IMG/VR virus record: IMGVR_UViG_3300042453_005404
Location: 124,001 to 188,000 of that record
DNA length: 64,000 nt
Direction: 5' to 3' (one strand)
The position numbers were made by a program, and so were the translations under genes. The notes below the pieces were generated by a model. The model saw only the letters and a program-made list of their open reading frames with translations. It made no database searches and had not been told where the DNA came from. Below are positions 8,235-16,861 of this stretch, piece after piece (positions within the stretch are counted from its first letter, which is position 1; each line of letters begins with the position of its first letter).

Positions 8235-8399
8235 ATGATGAATCCTGATCTCACTGTCGCTGCGGAAGGTGAACTCTACGAGGACGCCCTCCCGTTGGCT
8301 CTCCGTTGCAAGAACGAGAAGGTGAACGAAAACGAAGACGACGAGAATGACCGGGACGTTGATGAGATGGCGCACTTTCGCTGTATGCTTTCCTATTGA
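8235..8399 (+). CDS. small acidic protein
   Basis: MMNPDL...ENEDDENDRDVDEM; start after RBS. Confidence 0.55.
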   Translation: MMNPDLTVAAEGELYEDALPLALRCKNEKVNENEDDENDRDVDEMAHFRCMLSY

Positions 8400-8454
8400 T
8401 CTGGAATGGAGGGGAGCGCATTCCACAATAACGCTCAATTCTTCTCAAACTCAC

Positions 8455-8541
8455 CAAAACCCTGTAAATCTAGGCTTTTAAGAAAAAAGAAAATAATCTT
8501 TAGAATATTGCCTTTGGGTGATATTCTAAGAGCATGAAGAA
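8455..8541 (+). promoter_or_regulatory. early promoter, direct-repeat copy 2
   Basis: same motif as 7925; TTTAGA(8499)-17-TATTCT-AAGAGC-ATG(8534). Confidence 0.85.
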
Positions 8542-9397
8542 GACGACGAACAAGGCTGCTGTGAAGACCACCACCAAGAAGACCACTGTGAAGAAGGCTG
8601 CTGTGAAGAAGACCACGAAGAAGACTGAAAACTCTGGCAATCATCGTTTGGCTCAAACCGTCGAGGCTGGCCGTTTCTCGGATATCAAGATCCCTGATGC
8701 GCTGCGTACCACGCTCAAGACTGGTTGGGAGTATATCGATGCTCTCTTCACTGGTGAGGGCATTCGTCCTTCGACCTGCTGCATGGTGACCGGTCTGCCC
8801 GGTGGCGGCAAGACCACGATCTCTCTCCAGCTTGCTAACAGCCTTGCAGAGCAGGGTCATGTGGTGCTCTACAATAGCTGCGAGGAGAGTGGTGCGCAGA
8901 TCAAGATGAAGCTTGAGAAGATGGAGTTTAACGCTCTTCTGGAGAGCAACAACGCTTACTTCTCCAGCTTCTACGATATCTCGGATATCCTTGATTTTGC
9001 CAACAAGGTTCGCAAGCAGCACAAGCTTGAGGCTGGTAAGGGTTTCTTCCTGTTCGTTGACTCGCTTCAGACGATTGAGCGTGCTTCGAAGGGTGCCGGT
9101 CGTCCTGCTGGCCCTGCGCAGCAGCAGTGCGATGCGATGTGGGACGTTGCTGGTTGGTGTAAGGAAAGCATGGCCGTTGCAATGATCATCGGTCAGGTTA
9201 CCAAGGATGGTACCTTCGCTGGCAAGCAGGAAGTCAAGCACGCCGTTGACTGTCACCTGCACCTTGCGATGGATACCGACAAGAAGTCGGAAACCTATCG
9301 TCAGCGTGTTGCCGAAATGCAGAAGAATCGGTTTGGGACAAGTGGCCTCTTCTTCCCCTACGATATCTCTAGCAAGGGTATCGAGTTCCAGCAGTAA
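8534..9397 (+). CDS. RadA/Sms-like RecA-fold ATPase with Lys/Thr/Ala-rich N-terminal tail
   Basis: Walker A GLPGGGKTT, EES, VDSLQT, GQVTKDGTFAG, KHAVD, KNRFG; no Zn finger or Lon-like domain. Confidence 0.85.
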   Translation: MKKTTNKAAVKTTTKKTTVKKAAVKKTTKKTENSGNHRLAQTVEAGRFSDIKIPDALRTTLKTGWEYIDALFTGEGIRPSTCCMVTGLPGGGKTTISLQLANSLAEQGHVVLYNSCEESGAQIKMKLEKMEFNALLESNNAYFSSFYDISDILDFANKVRKQHKLEAGKGFFLFVDSLQTIERASKGAGRPAGPAQQQCDAMWDVAGWCKESMAVAMIIGQVTKDGTFAGKQEVKHAVDCHLHLAMDTDKKSETYRQRVAEMQKNRFGTSGLFFPYDISSKGIEFQQ

Positions 9398-9433
9398 AAC
9401 AAAACGTGCCCTGCAATGCAGGATGACAGAACG

Positions 9434-9473
9434 AGCTCCTAGAGGTGAAAGCTTCTAGGAGCTTTTTCTTTTT
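9434..9473 (+). terminator. rho-independent terminator
   Basis: AGCTCCTAGAGGT-GAAA-GCTTCTAGGAGCT followed by a T-run. Confidence 0.85.
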
Positions 9474-9634
9474 GACGTTACTACTTATCCTGTGATTGCT
9501 TTGTCTCATCTCTAAGTACTAACGGCGCTGTATGCTAGATATGAGTGACGAGAGGGATAAAGAAATCAAACCAGTCTAGGAGTTACAGTGAGCCCAACGG
9601 ATGTATATGCCCGAGGGCTATATGTGTTTGTTTG

Positions 9635-9773
9635 CCCCGCCAGCAATCCCTTATGGCCCCCCTATATCTACCCACCCTAGGGTATTATGTGATACCCCCA
9701 TAGGCCCCCCTTATTCAGATAGACCCCCCTTACCCCATAGGCCCCCACGTTTGACCCCCGGCCCCCGTAGGCC
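9635..9773. repeat. C-tract block (G-tracts on the minus strand) with CCCCATAGGCCCCC sub-repeats
   Basis: 12 runs of 3 or more C in about 135 nt of non-coding DNA. Confidence 0.8.
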
Positions 9774-9904
9774 ATGATATGCTAGGGTACGAGCACGACG
9801 AGGGGCTTAGCCCACGCATCTCGCACAAGATTTATTTTTTAAAACTCTTTAAGGGTTTCAAAATTTTTTTTCTGGGAAAAAATTTTTGGGGAATTTTTTT
9901 GGTA

Positions 9905-10576
9905 TCAAGTTGTTGAGCCAACGAAAGCATTTATTGTGATAAATGGGTTTTGGTTATCAAGGTAATCAAACACTGACTTAAAGAAGTCTGGGTTATCTAA
10001 ATCATTGAGTTTTAAGTTTATTGATTTAATTATTTTTTTTAGGAAGCTGTTGAACACACGATTGTTGCCACCAATTATGTCATAACCGTTTTGATCTTTT
10101 CTTTTGAGAAGGATAACGGGTTCTGTGGAAGAAGTGTTGCTTGACAAAATACGTTCAACTTTGTCGAGGTATCCATGTTTATCTTTTGATCTAGCGGCAA
10201 AGTGTGGATTAAGGCCAAGATATTTTTTAACAAAGAATTCTTTTTTTATGGAAGACAAGTCATTCCAATGAAGTTTGATTTGTTTGGCTTGTTTACTTTC
10301 CCAAGAAGTGTTGATCCATTCAGATTCTCTTTGTTGTTCGAACTCACGAATTTTTTTGATTGCATCTTCAAGGGATGGATTTTTTAGCAACACATTATTT
10401 GTTAGTTCTTGAACTTGTTGACCTATGTTTGGATCAAATATTATTTCGTGTTGTTTTTCTTGGGAGTACATATCACGAAAAACGTGATCAGGTAAATGAT
10501 TATAAACTTGACGCATTACTTTTTCAAATGCTTTGGTTCTTGATTCTGATATAAATAAAATATTATAAAGTTTCAT
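9905..10576 (-). CDS. tagged protein with ParB/Srx-like C-terminal domain
   Basis: MKLYNILF tag; EPVILL...YDIIGGNNRV. Confidence 0.6.
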   Translation of the reverse strand: MKLYNILFISESRTKAFEKVMRQVYNHLPDHVFRDMYSQEKQHEIIFDPNIGQQVQELTNNVLLKNPSLEDAIKKIREFEQQRESEWINTSWESKQAKQIKLHWNDLSSIKKEFFVKKYLGLNPHFAARSKDKHGYLDKVERILSSNTSSTEPVILLKRKDQNGYDIIGGNNRVFNSFLKKIIKSINLKLNDLDNPDFFKSVFDYLDNQNPFITINAFVGSTT

Positions 10577-10714
10577 TTTTTATGTTATTACTAAGATAAC
10601 TAGCTGTTACAGCAACTTATTTAGACCCCCCGCAACTCGCAAAGACTTTTTTTCTTGGAAGTGTTTGTTTGGGTTTGAAAAATTTTGGGGAGAAAAAAAT
10701 TTCTGGGAAAGTTT

Positions 10715-11353
10715 TTAGTCTTGATCTTTTAGGGCTTGTCTTAGTGCTGCACTTCTTGGTTGTTTATATTTTTCACGTTGTTCCCAGCCATGCAAACGAC
10801 GAGCCCGTAGTTTAATGTTTGAGATGTTACCGCCCCAGAAAGCGGACCCAATGTGTTTTATTTCTGGATGTTTGGTTAATGATTTCCAAACGTTTTTAGC
10901 TAGTGTAGATGTTTCTCCTCCCCAAGCTTGGTTGTTAACAACGATTCCTTTATAGTTGGTTGCGATATATTTGAGAAGGTGTAGGTACATAGCTTTGCCC
11001 AATCCTTCTCCACGAAATCTGCGATCACTACCGGACATATTTATTCCCCAAGCAGTTACTTCGTCTGGTTTGTTGGATATTTGTTTACGTAGTTTATCGA
11101 AATCATTCCAAGCATTTGGAGAAAGCAGATAGTAAGCTTCCCTCCCGTAGAGGACTGCATCGATTTCCTCGTCGCCGGATGGACGGGTTGTGTTGAGACT
11201 ATCTGCGTTCAAACTGGCCACATTACCGAGTTGGGGATGGTTTGCATAAACCCAAACTTGTTTTCTATTTTCACCGAGCGAGGTATCTTCGCTGATGGAA
11301 AACTCGATATCTTCGATTGAGTGTTCTTCAAATAGCAGAGTGTATAGTTTCAT
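10715..11353 (-). CDS. tagged GNAT-like acetyltransferase
   Basis: MKLYTLLFEE; FRGEGLGKAMY (motif A); TSxxAKNVW. Confidence 0.65.
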   Translation of the reverse strand: MKLYTLLFEEHSIEDIEFSISEDTSLGENRKQVWVYANHPQLGNVASLNADSLNTTRPSGDEEIDAVLYGREAYYLLSPNAWNDFDKLRKQISNKPDEVTAWGINMSGSDRRFRGEGLGKAMYLHLLKYIATNYKGIVVNNQAWGGETSTLAKNVWKSLTKHPEIKHIGSAFWGGNISNIKLRARRLHGWEQREKYKQPRSAALRQALKDQD

Positions 11354-11396
11354 GGGGTGTTATGAAGCTAATTAGTTTTGTTTTTCTGGAAAGTTT

Positions 11397-12056
11397 TTAG
11401 TCTTGATCTTTCAGAGCTTGTCTTAGTGCAGCACTTCTTGGTTGTTTATATTTTTGTCGTCGTTCCCAGCCATGCAAACGTTTGGCACGTAGGTTAATAT
11501 TTGAGATACTACCGCCCCAGAAAGCATATCCTACATGTTTTACTTCTGGATGTTTGGTTAAGGACTTCCAAACGTTTTTAGCTAAGATTGAGGTTGCACC
11601 TTCGCCGCCCCAAGCTTGGTTGCTAACAAGAATACCGTTATAGGTATTGGCGAGATATTTGAGAAGGTGGAGGTACATAGCTTTACCCAATCCTTCATCA
11701 CGGAAACGTTGAGAGTTCCAAGAATGTTGGACGCCCCAAAGTGTTACATTGTTTGGTTTGTTAGATATTTGTTTACGTAGTTTATCGAAGTCATTCCAAG
11801 CATTTGGTTCAAGGGTTAAAGCATCGTCGTCATTGTTGAAGTAGTTTGGGTTATAGAGAGCTTGTGTATCATCTACTTCGTGTGGGTGTTTTGTACTGAG
11901 AGGAATAGCGCATACGAATCCCACTTCACCTAGCTCTGGGTGATTGGCTGTAATCCAAACTTGTTTTTGGTTTTCACCGAGCGAGGTATCTTCTTTGGTG
12001 GAGATATCGATATCTTCAACTGAATGTTCTTCAAATATCAGAGCATATAGTTTCAT
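11397..12056 (-). CDS. tagged GNAT-like acetyltransferase (tandem paralog)
   Basis: MKLYALIFEE; FRDEGLGKAMY; ends near-identical to the 10715 gene. Confidence 0.65.
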   Translation of the reverse strand: MKLYALIFEEHSVEDIDISTKEDTSLGENQKQVWITANHPELGEVGFVCAIPLSTKHPHEVDDTQALYNPNYFNNDDDALTLEPNAWNDFDKLRKQISNKPNNVTLWGVQHSWNSQRFRDEGLGKAMYLHLLKYLANTYNGILVSNQAWGGEGATSILAKNVWKSLTKHPEVKHVGYAFWGGSISNINLRAKRLHGWERRQKYKQPRSAALRQALKDQD

Positions 12057-12069
12057 GAGATGTTGGTTG

Positions 12070-12075
12070 TAATTA
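12070..12075. promoter_or_regulatory. palindromic TAATTA putative late promoter between divergent tagged genes
   Basis: 13 nt from the minus-strand ATG (12056) and 11 nt from the plus-strand ATG (12087). Confidence 0.5.
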
Positions 12076-12086
12076 TACCATGTAGC

Positions 12087-12518
12087 ATGAAACTATACCA
12101 TTTGATATACGAACAAACGGACAAACGCAAAGTATCGCTTGCTGTGTTAACGTATCAAGGCAAGGTATTGATTGTAAAGCGTTCTAAAGATTCTTATTCT
12201 CATGCTGGGAAGTGGGGATTTCCCGGTGGAGGCATAGACCGTGGTGAAACGGCTTTAAAAGCCGTTATACGGGAGTGTGAAGAAGAGATAGGGGTAAGAC
12301 CTATAAGAGTTAAAAAGCTGGCACAGAATGAACGTATAACATGGTTTGTTGGCGAGTTGCCATATGATCCGTTGGAGTGTATTGATTTAGATTATAGCGA
12401 GCATGATGAATGGATGTTGGTTGATGAGGTGAGTATGAATGAATATGAGATGGTTGAGGGGATGATGGAGATAATAGTTAAGGTATTGAGTGGAGAAGAA
12501 GAAGATGAAGTTAAGTGA
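12087..12518 (+). CDS. tagged Nudix hydrolase
   Basis: MKLYHLIYE; Nudix box GGGIDRGETALKAVIRECEEEIG; EH.EW. Confidence 0.9.
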   Translation: MKLYHLIYEQTDKRKVSLAVLTYQGKVLIVKRSKDSYSHAGKWGFPGGGIDRGETALKAVIRECEEEIGVRPIRVKKLAQNERITWFVGELPYDPLECIDLDYSEHDEWMLVDEVSMNEYEMVEGMMEIIVKVLSGEEEDEVK

Positions 12519-12957
12519 GATATTGTTTGAGGTTGAGCAGCCACCAAAACCAAAACAAGAGGATATGCAGGATGCTTTGGAGATGGTACGAGAGAGTTAT
12601 CCAGAAGAGATGGAAGATAAAGAGTTAGAAGATTTTGATTTAGAATACCTTGGATTGCTTTCTGTTGCCGATATAGGGCATTATGCGGATTTATCTTCAT
12701 GGATGGAAGAGTTTGATGAAGACGACGTAGAAGGCATGAAAAGTTTTAGGGGCGAGGAGTGGTTTAATCGTATGGAGAATTTTGCTAAGAACGACACTAT
12801 TCCACTGGAGAATTTTGCTAAGAACGACACTATTCCACCGATTATTGTTGTTGAGGGTAAAACTTTTACTGATGTTGGAGATGGCCGAGGCAGAGTAACA
12901 TATGCCAACTGGAAAAATATTCCATTGCATGTATACAAGCTAAAGGTAAAGCAATGA
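12505..12957 (+). CDS. tagged acidic ParB/Srx-like protein
   Basis: MKLSEILFE; IPPIIVV...GDGRGRV. Confidence 0.55.
   Translation: MKLSEILFEVEQPPKPKQEDMQDALEMVRESYPEEMEDKELEDFDLEYLGLLSVADIGHYADLSSWMEEFDEDDVEGMKSFRGEEWFNRMENFAKNDTIPLENFAKNDTIPPIIVVEGKTFTDVGDGRGRVTYANWKNIPLHVYKLKVKQ
12773..12838 (+). repeat. exact 33-nt in-frame tandem duplication
   Basis: TGGAGAATTTTGCTAAGAACGACACTATTCCAC x2. Confidence 0.95.
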
Positions 12958-13964
12958 AGTTGTTTGAGATATTGTTTGAAACAGCGGAAGAGTATTATCA
13001 ATCTAGTTTGAGAACTTCTGGCAGATTAAACAAAGAGTTAGCCGCACAAGATTTTTCTCGTTATAAACGTCGAGGAGTTCAATATGTTGAATATAACCCT
13101 GAGACATTTACCAAAGAAGGTGTATCGGAAACAAGTGATCCAAACGATATTGGTGGTATCGACAAAGTTTCTTCTCCAGCATATTCAAAACAAAAAGTTA
13201 TCATAGATTTAAAAAACAACATTATTCTTATGAGGTCTGGATTACCTGAGCATGATCCTTTAATAACGTTTCAGTTGCGAGAACTTTTAAGTGCGATTCC
13301 AGAACTTGCAACATATCAAGTAAAAAGATTTGTTCCAACCAAAGATCCTTTTGCTTCTGACAAAGAACTTTCATATGGAATGACGGTTCAAGACTTTTTA
13401 AGTGGCAAGCAAGAGAAGTCTGGGAGATACCCTCGTTATAAGAAGGGCGAGGAGTTATATGATGAATTCAAGTTTGAAGTCTTTAAGGATTTAACAGAGT
13501 TTGATTGGTATCATGCAACGAGAAAGTCAAGTTATGAAAAAATTAAGGCTGAAGGATTTTTAAGACCATCGAAAGATTTTGGAGCTGGGCAGCAGCAACG
13601 GCATGGATGGACTCAGTTTAACTTTGACTTACAGAATGCTGTTTATTTAACTCATGACATTGAAAGAGCTAGAGATATAGCGAACGTGTTGGTTGATAGA
13701 TATGAAGAGGATGCAGTTGTTTTAAAAGTTTCTGGTAAGGCATTAAGTGATGTATCCAAGGTTGTGGTTGATGAGGATATATTGAGGGATGAATATACAG
13801 ATGAGATTTATCCCAGAGAAGCACAAGGTATACCAGAATATGTTATTTCAATAACAAGTGAGAAGATAGCAGGGCTGGGTTACAAGTCAAGAATATCTAA
13901 AGAATTTATTGATGTGGCAGAAACAATAAAGTTTGAGAAGCCAGAGGAAGATAATGAGTCATGA
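12954..13964 (+). CDS. tagged putative ADP-ribosyltransferase (H-Y type fold)
   Basis: MKLFEILFE; WYHAT...IKAEGFLRPS...VYLTHD...VVLKV. Confidence 0.55.
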   Translation: MKLFEILFETAEEYYQSSLRTSGRLNKELAAQDFSRYKRRGVQYVEYNPETFTKEGVSETSDPNDIGGIDKVSSPAYSKQKVIIDLKNNIILMRSGLPEHDPLITFQLRELLSAIPELATYQVKRFVPTKDPFASDKELSYGMTVQDFLSGKQEKSGRYPRYKKGEELYDEFKFEVFKDLTEFDWYHATRKSSYEKIKAEGFLRPSKDFGAGQQQRHGWTQFNFDLQNAVYLTHDIERARDIANVLVDRYEEDAVVLKVSGKALSDVSKVVVDEDILRDEYTDEIYPREAQGIPEYVISITSEKIAGLGYKSRISKEFIDVAETIKFEKPEEDNES

Positions 13965-14572
13965 AGTTAAGTGAGATATTGTTTAACGAGGTTGCTGTTC
14001 CTTTTTCTGAGATAGGAAAAAGTGAGATGGCATTAAAGTTAATCAAAAACGATGACATGATTTTGTTCATACTATATCGTCCTTCGGTGTTAACGAAATA
14101 TTTTCAAGATTGGGAATCAACTGATGGATTAACTGTTGGAATGATGAACATTGTTCTTTCTGAGGATAGCAACAAGATTTACGAGGTTAAAGCAGCGGCA
14201 GCGGAACAAGGTTATGGACCAACGTTGTATGACATTGTTATGAGTTATATTTCTCCAAAGTATCTTATGGCAGACCGGAAAGAAGTTTCTGATGCAGCAA
14301 GAAATGTTTGGAGATTTATGTATGACAACCGCAAAGCAGAATATGATATGTTAACAGTTCCAGAAGAAGGTAAATGGAAAACAAGGGATGGGGAAGACAT
14401 ACCTTTTTTAAACCATGCTTATCGTCTTAAGAAAAAGTTATCGATATATTCCACATTGGTTTTAAGGGACAAACAGTTTTTTGCTAACGAGAGTGATAGG
14501 AACAAGCGAGAACAAATGTTAACAACACTGGAAGAAGATGCTTGGACATATTTCAGAGACAGGATGCAATGA
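13961..14572 (+). CDS. tagged GNAT-like protein
   Basis: MKLSEILFNE; AEQGYGPTLYD; DR..VSDAARNVW. Confidence 0.55.
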   Translation: MKLSEILFNEVAVPFSEIGKSEMALKLIKNDDMILFILYRPSVLTKYFQDWESTDGLTVGMMNIVLSEDSNKIYEVKAAAAEQGYGPTLYDIVMSYISPKYLMADRKEVSDAARNVWRFMYDNRKAEYDMLTVPEEGKWKTRDGEDIPFLNHAYRLKKKLSIYSTLVLRDKQFFANESDRNKREQMLTTLEEDAWTYFRDRMQ

Positions 14573-14574
14573 GC

Positions 14575-15228
14575 TTATAATCCCATTATCTCTGCGCCAG
14601 CTTCTGACAGTTCTAGAACGTCACCAGCTTCACCGATTGTACCAACGAAAAGCATTGTGAGTGGTTTTAAGCTCCATTCTTCATGAGTTTTTGCTGCGTC
14701 TGGAACGCAACCTTGAAACTGTTGTTTGATATCTGGGGCTAGTGCAGATGGAGGAAAATTATGACCGAATCCACGTTTTTCAAGTCTTGGTATTTCTTGT
14801 GGATGATTTTTCTTGAGCCACTTTTGCATATTGAACTTGACGCCGTATTTTTTTGGTGGATTTTTTGGACAGTTTGGTAGATTGTCTTTTACTGGTTTTA
14901 TTTCTTTTTCTTTTTTTTCTTTTGTTGCATAGATGTAGTAGTAAGTGTCACCATAATCTCTGATGGCATCTCTTGCATCTTCTATATCTGCAGCAAGAGA
15001 TATTCTTTCGGTAAAGTCATCTTCGATTGTGTTTCCATCTTTATCGATAAATGGTGCTGATGGAACTCTTGGGGTGAACTTAAACGTTTTGCCGAGATAT
15101 CCACGAGATAGATGGAAATGAGCAAAGTGTTGTTGCAGTTCATCTATTGTAGTTTTTTTACCAGTAAGATTTGGTTGCCGAAATCTTAAATCTAATGCAT
15201 TTTCGAATATTATGCTGTATAGTTTCAA
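14575..15228 (-). CDS. tagged putative ART-fold protein
   Basis: TTG start gives MKLYSIIFE; FHLS, FTPRVP, EDxxTERISLA, VPDAxxTHEEW. Confidence 0.45.
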   Translation of the reverse strand: MKLYSIIFENALDLRFRQPNLTGKKTTIDELQQHFAHFHLSRGYLGKTFKFTPRVPSAPFIDKDGNTIEDDFTERISLAADIEDARDAIRDYGDTYYYIYATKEKKEKEIKPVKDNLPNCPKNPPKKYGVKFNMQKWLKKNHPQEIPRLEKRGFGHNFPPSALAPDIKQQFQGCVPDAAKTHEEWSLKPLTMLFVGTIGEAGDVLELSEAGAEIMGL

Positions 15229-15230
15229 GT

Positions 15231-16004
15231 TCAACCTTCGATTCCTTTGTATTGAGATCTGTACAGTTTAAAAGCTTGTGATTTTATTTTTTCTTTAAGT
15301 TCTTCTCTGCTGGCTCCGTTGTTTGTGCCTATTGAATTCAGGATTTCGTCACCATGGTCGAGCAATGGTCCAGCTTTAAAGGGACCATGATACAACCAAG
15401 CATTTGCTGTGCCGAGGACAGCATTGACTGGTTCTCCTGACGAAACAGGCAATCTACAATCGTCGCTTTCATCTTCTGGGGTTAATGGCTTTAAAGGTTG
15501 TCCATTTTCGTCTTCATTTTTACCTGTGCGGTTGGGCCATGATCCATCAAACCGAAACCAATATTTTGGGTAACGAGTATTGTGTTGATAATAGTTGTCT
15601 AACTCAACTTTGGTCCAATCGCTGCCATTTTCGATTTTTGCCCAAGCTTTTTTAGCTGAGTTGCTTGTTGAGCTTAGTCTATCGCTTGTGATAGGTTTTT
15701 GGTAATAATCAGAAATCAACGCATACATCACGCTTCCTGCGCCGGGAAACTGTGGACTTCTTACTATGTAATTGGTTTCAACAGCTTTTTTGCAATCATT
15801 TTCATGCACAGTCTTAACACCACAATATGCACACAACCAATCATTAGGGCTACCCATTAATCCGTTCTCAACCCAAGCTTTGAAATTTTCTACATGCAGT
15901 AAAGCGAACCCTTTTTCGGTTTCACCTTGCCAATCAACCATTGCATATTCTGGTGGTTGATAGCTATTGAATTTTTCTTCGAACAAGATCGAATACAGTT
16001 TCAT
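15231..16004 (-). CDS. tagged GNAT-like protein (paralog set B)
   Basis: MKLYSILFEE; PGAGSVMY; ITSDR..STSNSAKKAW. Confidence 0.55.
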   Translation of the reverse strand: MKLYSILFEEKFNSYQPPEYAMVDWQGETEKGFALLHVENFKAWVENGLMGSPNDWLCAYCGVKTVHENDCKKAVETNYIVRSPQFPGAGSVMYALISDYYQKPITSDRLSSTSNSAKKAWAKIENGSDWTKVELDNYYQHNTRYPKYWFRFDGSWPNRTGKNEDENGQPLKPLTPEDESDDCRLPVSSGEPVNAVLGTANAWLYHGPFKAGPLLDHGDEILNSIGTNNGASREELKEKIKSQAFKLYRSQYKGIEG

Positions 16005-16006
16005 GT

Positions 16007-16861
16007 TCAACCTTCGATTCCTTTATAATATTTGGTAAACAAATTGTTGGATTTGTTTTTGATTTCTTGTTCAAGTTGATACCGTTCTAGTCCAGACTCG
16101 TTTGCTATTGCTATCAAAACTTCTTGGCCATGGGATAACAATTCTTCTGCGTTAAGCGGGCCGTTATAAATCCAAGCGTTTGCTGAACCAAGTTTTTTGT
16201 TGATCAAAGAAGGGATGGAATCTGGCAACACGCAATCGTCTTGTTTGTTGTTGGGTGTTTTTGGTTCTGTTGTAGGAGACACTAACCTGTTTGGCCACAG
16301 TCCTTTGATGTCGAAATATTTTTTGTGTCCAGAATGATGGCCATACGGGCCGCTCGCACCGTAGTTGTCACCGTAGTTGTCTAACTCGACTTTAGTCCAA
16401 TCACTGCTTGATTCAATTTTTGCCCAAGCTTTTTTAGCTGAGTTGCTTGTTGAGCTTTGTCTGTCGCTTGTGATTGGTGCTTTGTAGTAATCGGAAATCA
16501 AGGCATACATGGCAGCTCCTGCGCCGGGAAACTGTGGACTTCTTACCATGTAACTAACTTCTACTGCTCCACCACAATCCCTTGAATGACGTTCATTTGA
16601 TCCAGCATATGCACAAATCCAACTTTCGAAAGGCAGCATTCCTTCAGCAGCCCATTTTCGAAAATGTCCAACATGGAACAAAGCGAACCCTTGTTCTCTG
16701 TCATTCCACCAATCAATCATTGCAAAAGCTGGAGGACGATATTCTTTGACTGTTCCCACGACTGAAATATGTTTGAAAGCACTTTCTGGTGCTTTCATTT
16801 CTTCTGGACTTAACAGTTTGAGTTGTTCTTCTTGTTCAAACAAGATCTTGTAAAGTTTCAT
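16007..16861 (-). CDS. tagged GNAT-like protein (paralog set B)
   Basis: MKLYKILFEQ; identical DNA blocks shared with the 15231 gene. Confidence 0.55.
   Translation of the reverse strand: MKLYKILFEQEEQLKLLSPEEMKAPESAFKHISVVGTVKEYRPPAFAMIDWWNDREQGFALFHVGHFRKWAAEGMLPFESWICAYAGSNERHSRDCGGAVEVSYMVRSPQFPGAGAAMYALISDYYKAPITSDRQSSTSNSAKKAWAKIESSSDWTKVELDNYGDNYGASGPYGHHSGHKKYFDIKGLWPNRLVSPTTEPKTPNNKQDDCVLPDSIPSLINKKLGSANAWIYNGPLNAEELLSHGQEVLIAIANESGLERYQLEQEIKNKSNNLFTKYYKGIEG

Noticed and set aside
8435-9262. 275-aa minus-strand ORF
   Set aside because: Antisense shadow of the RadA-like gene caused by its codon bias.
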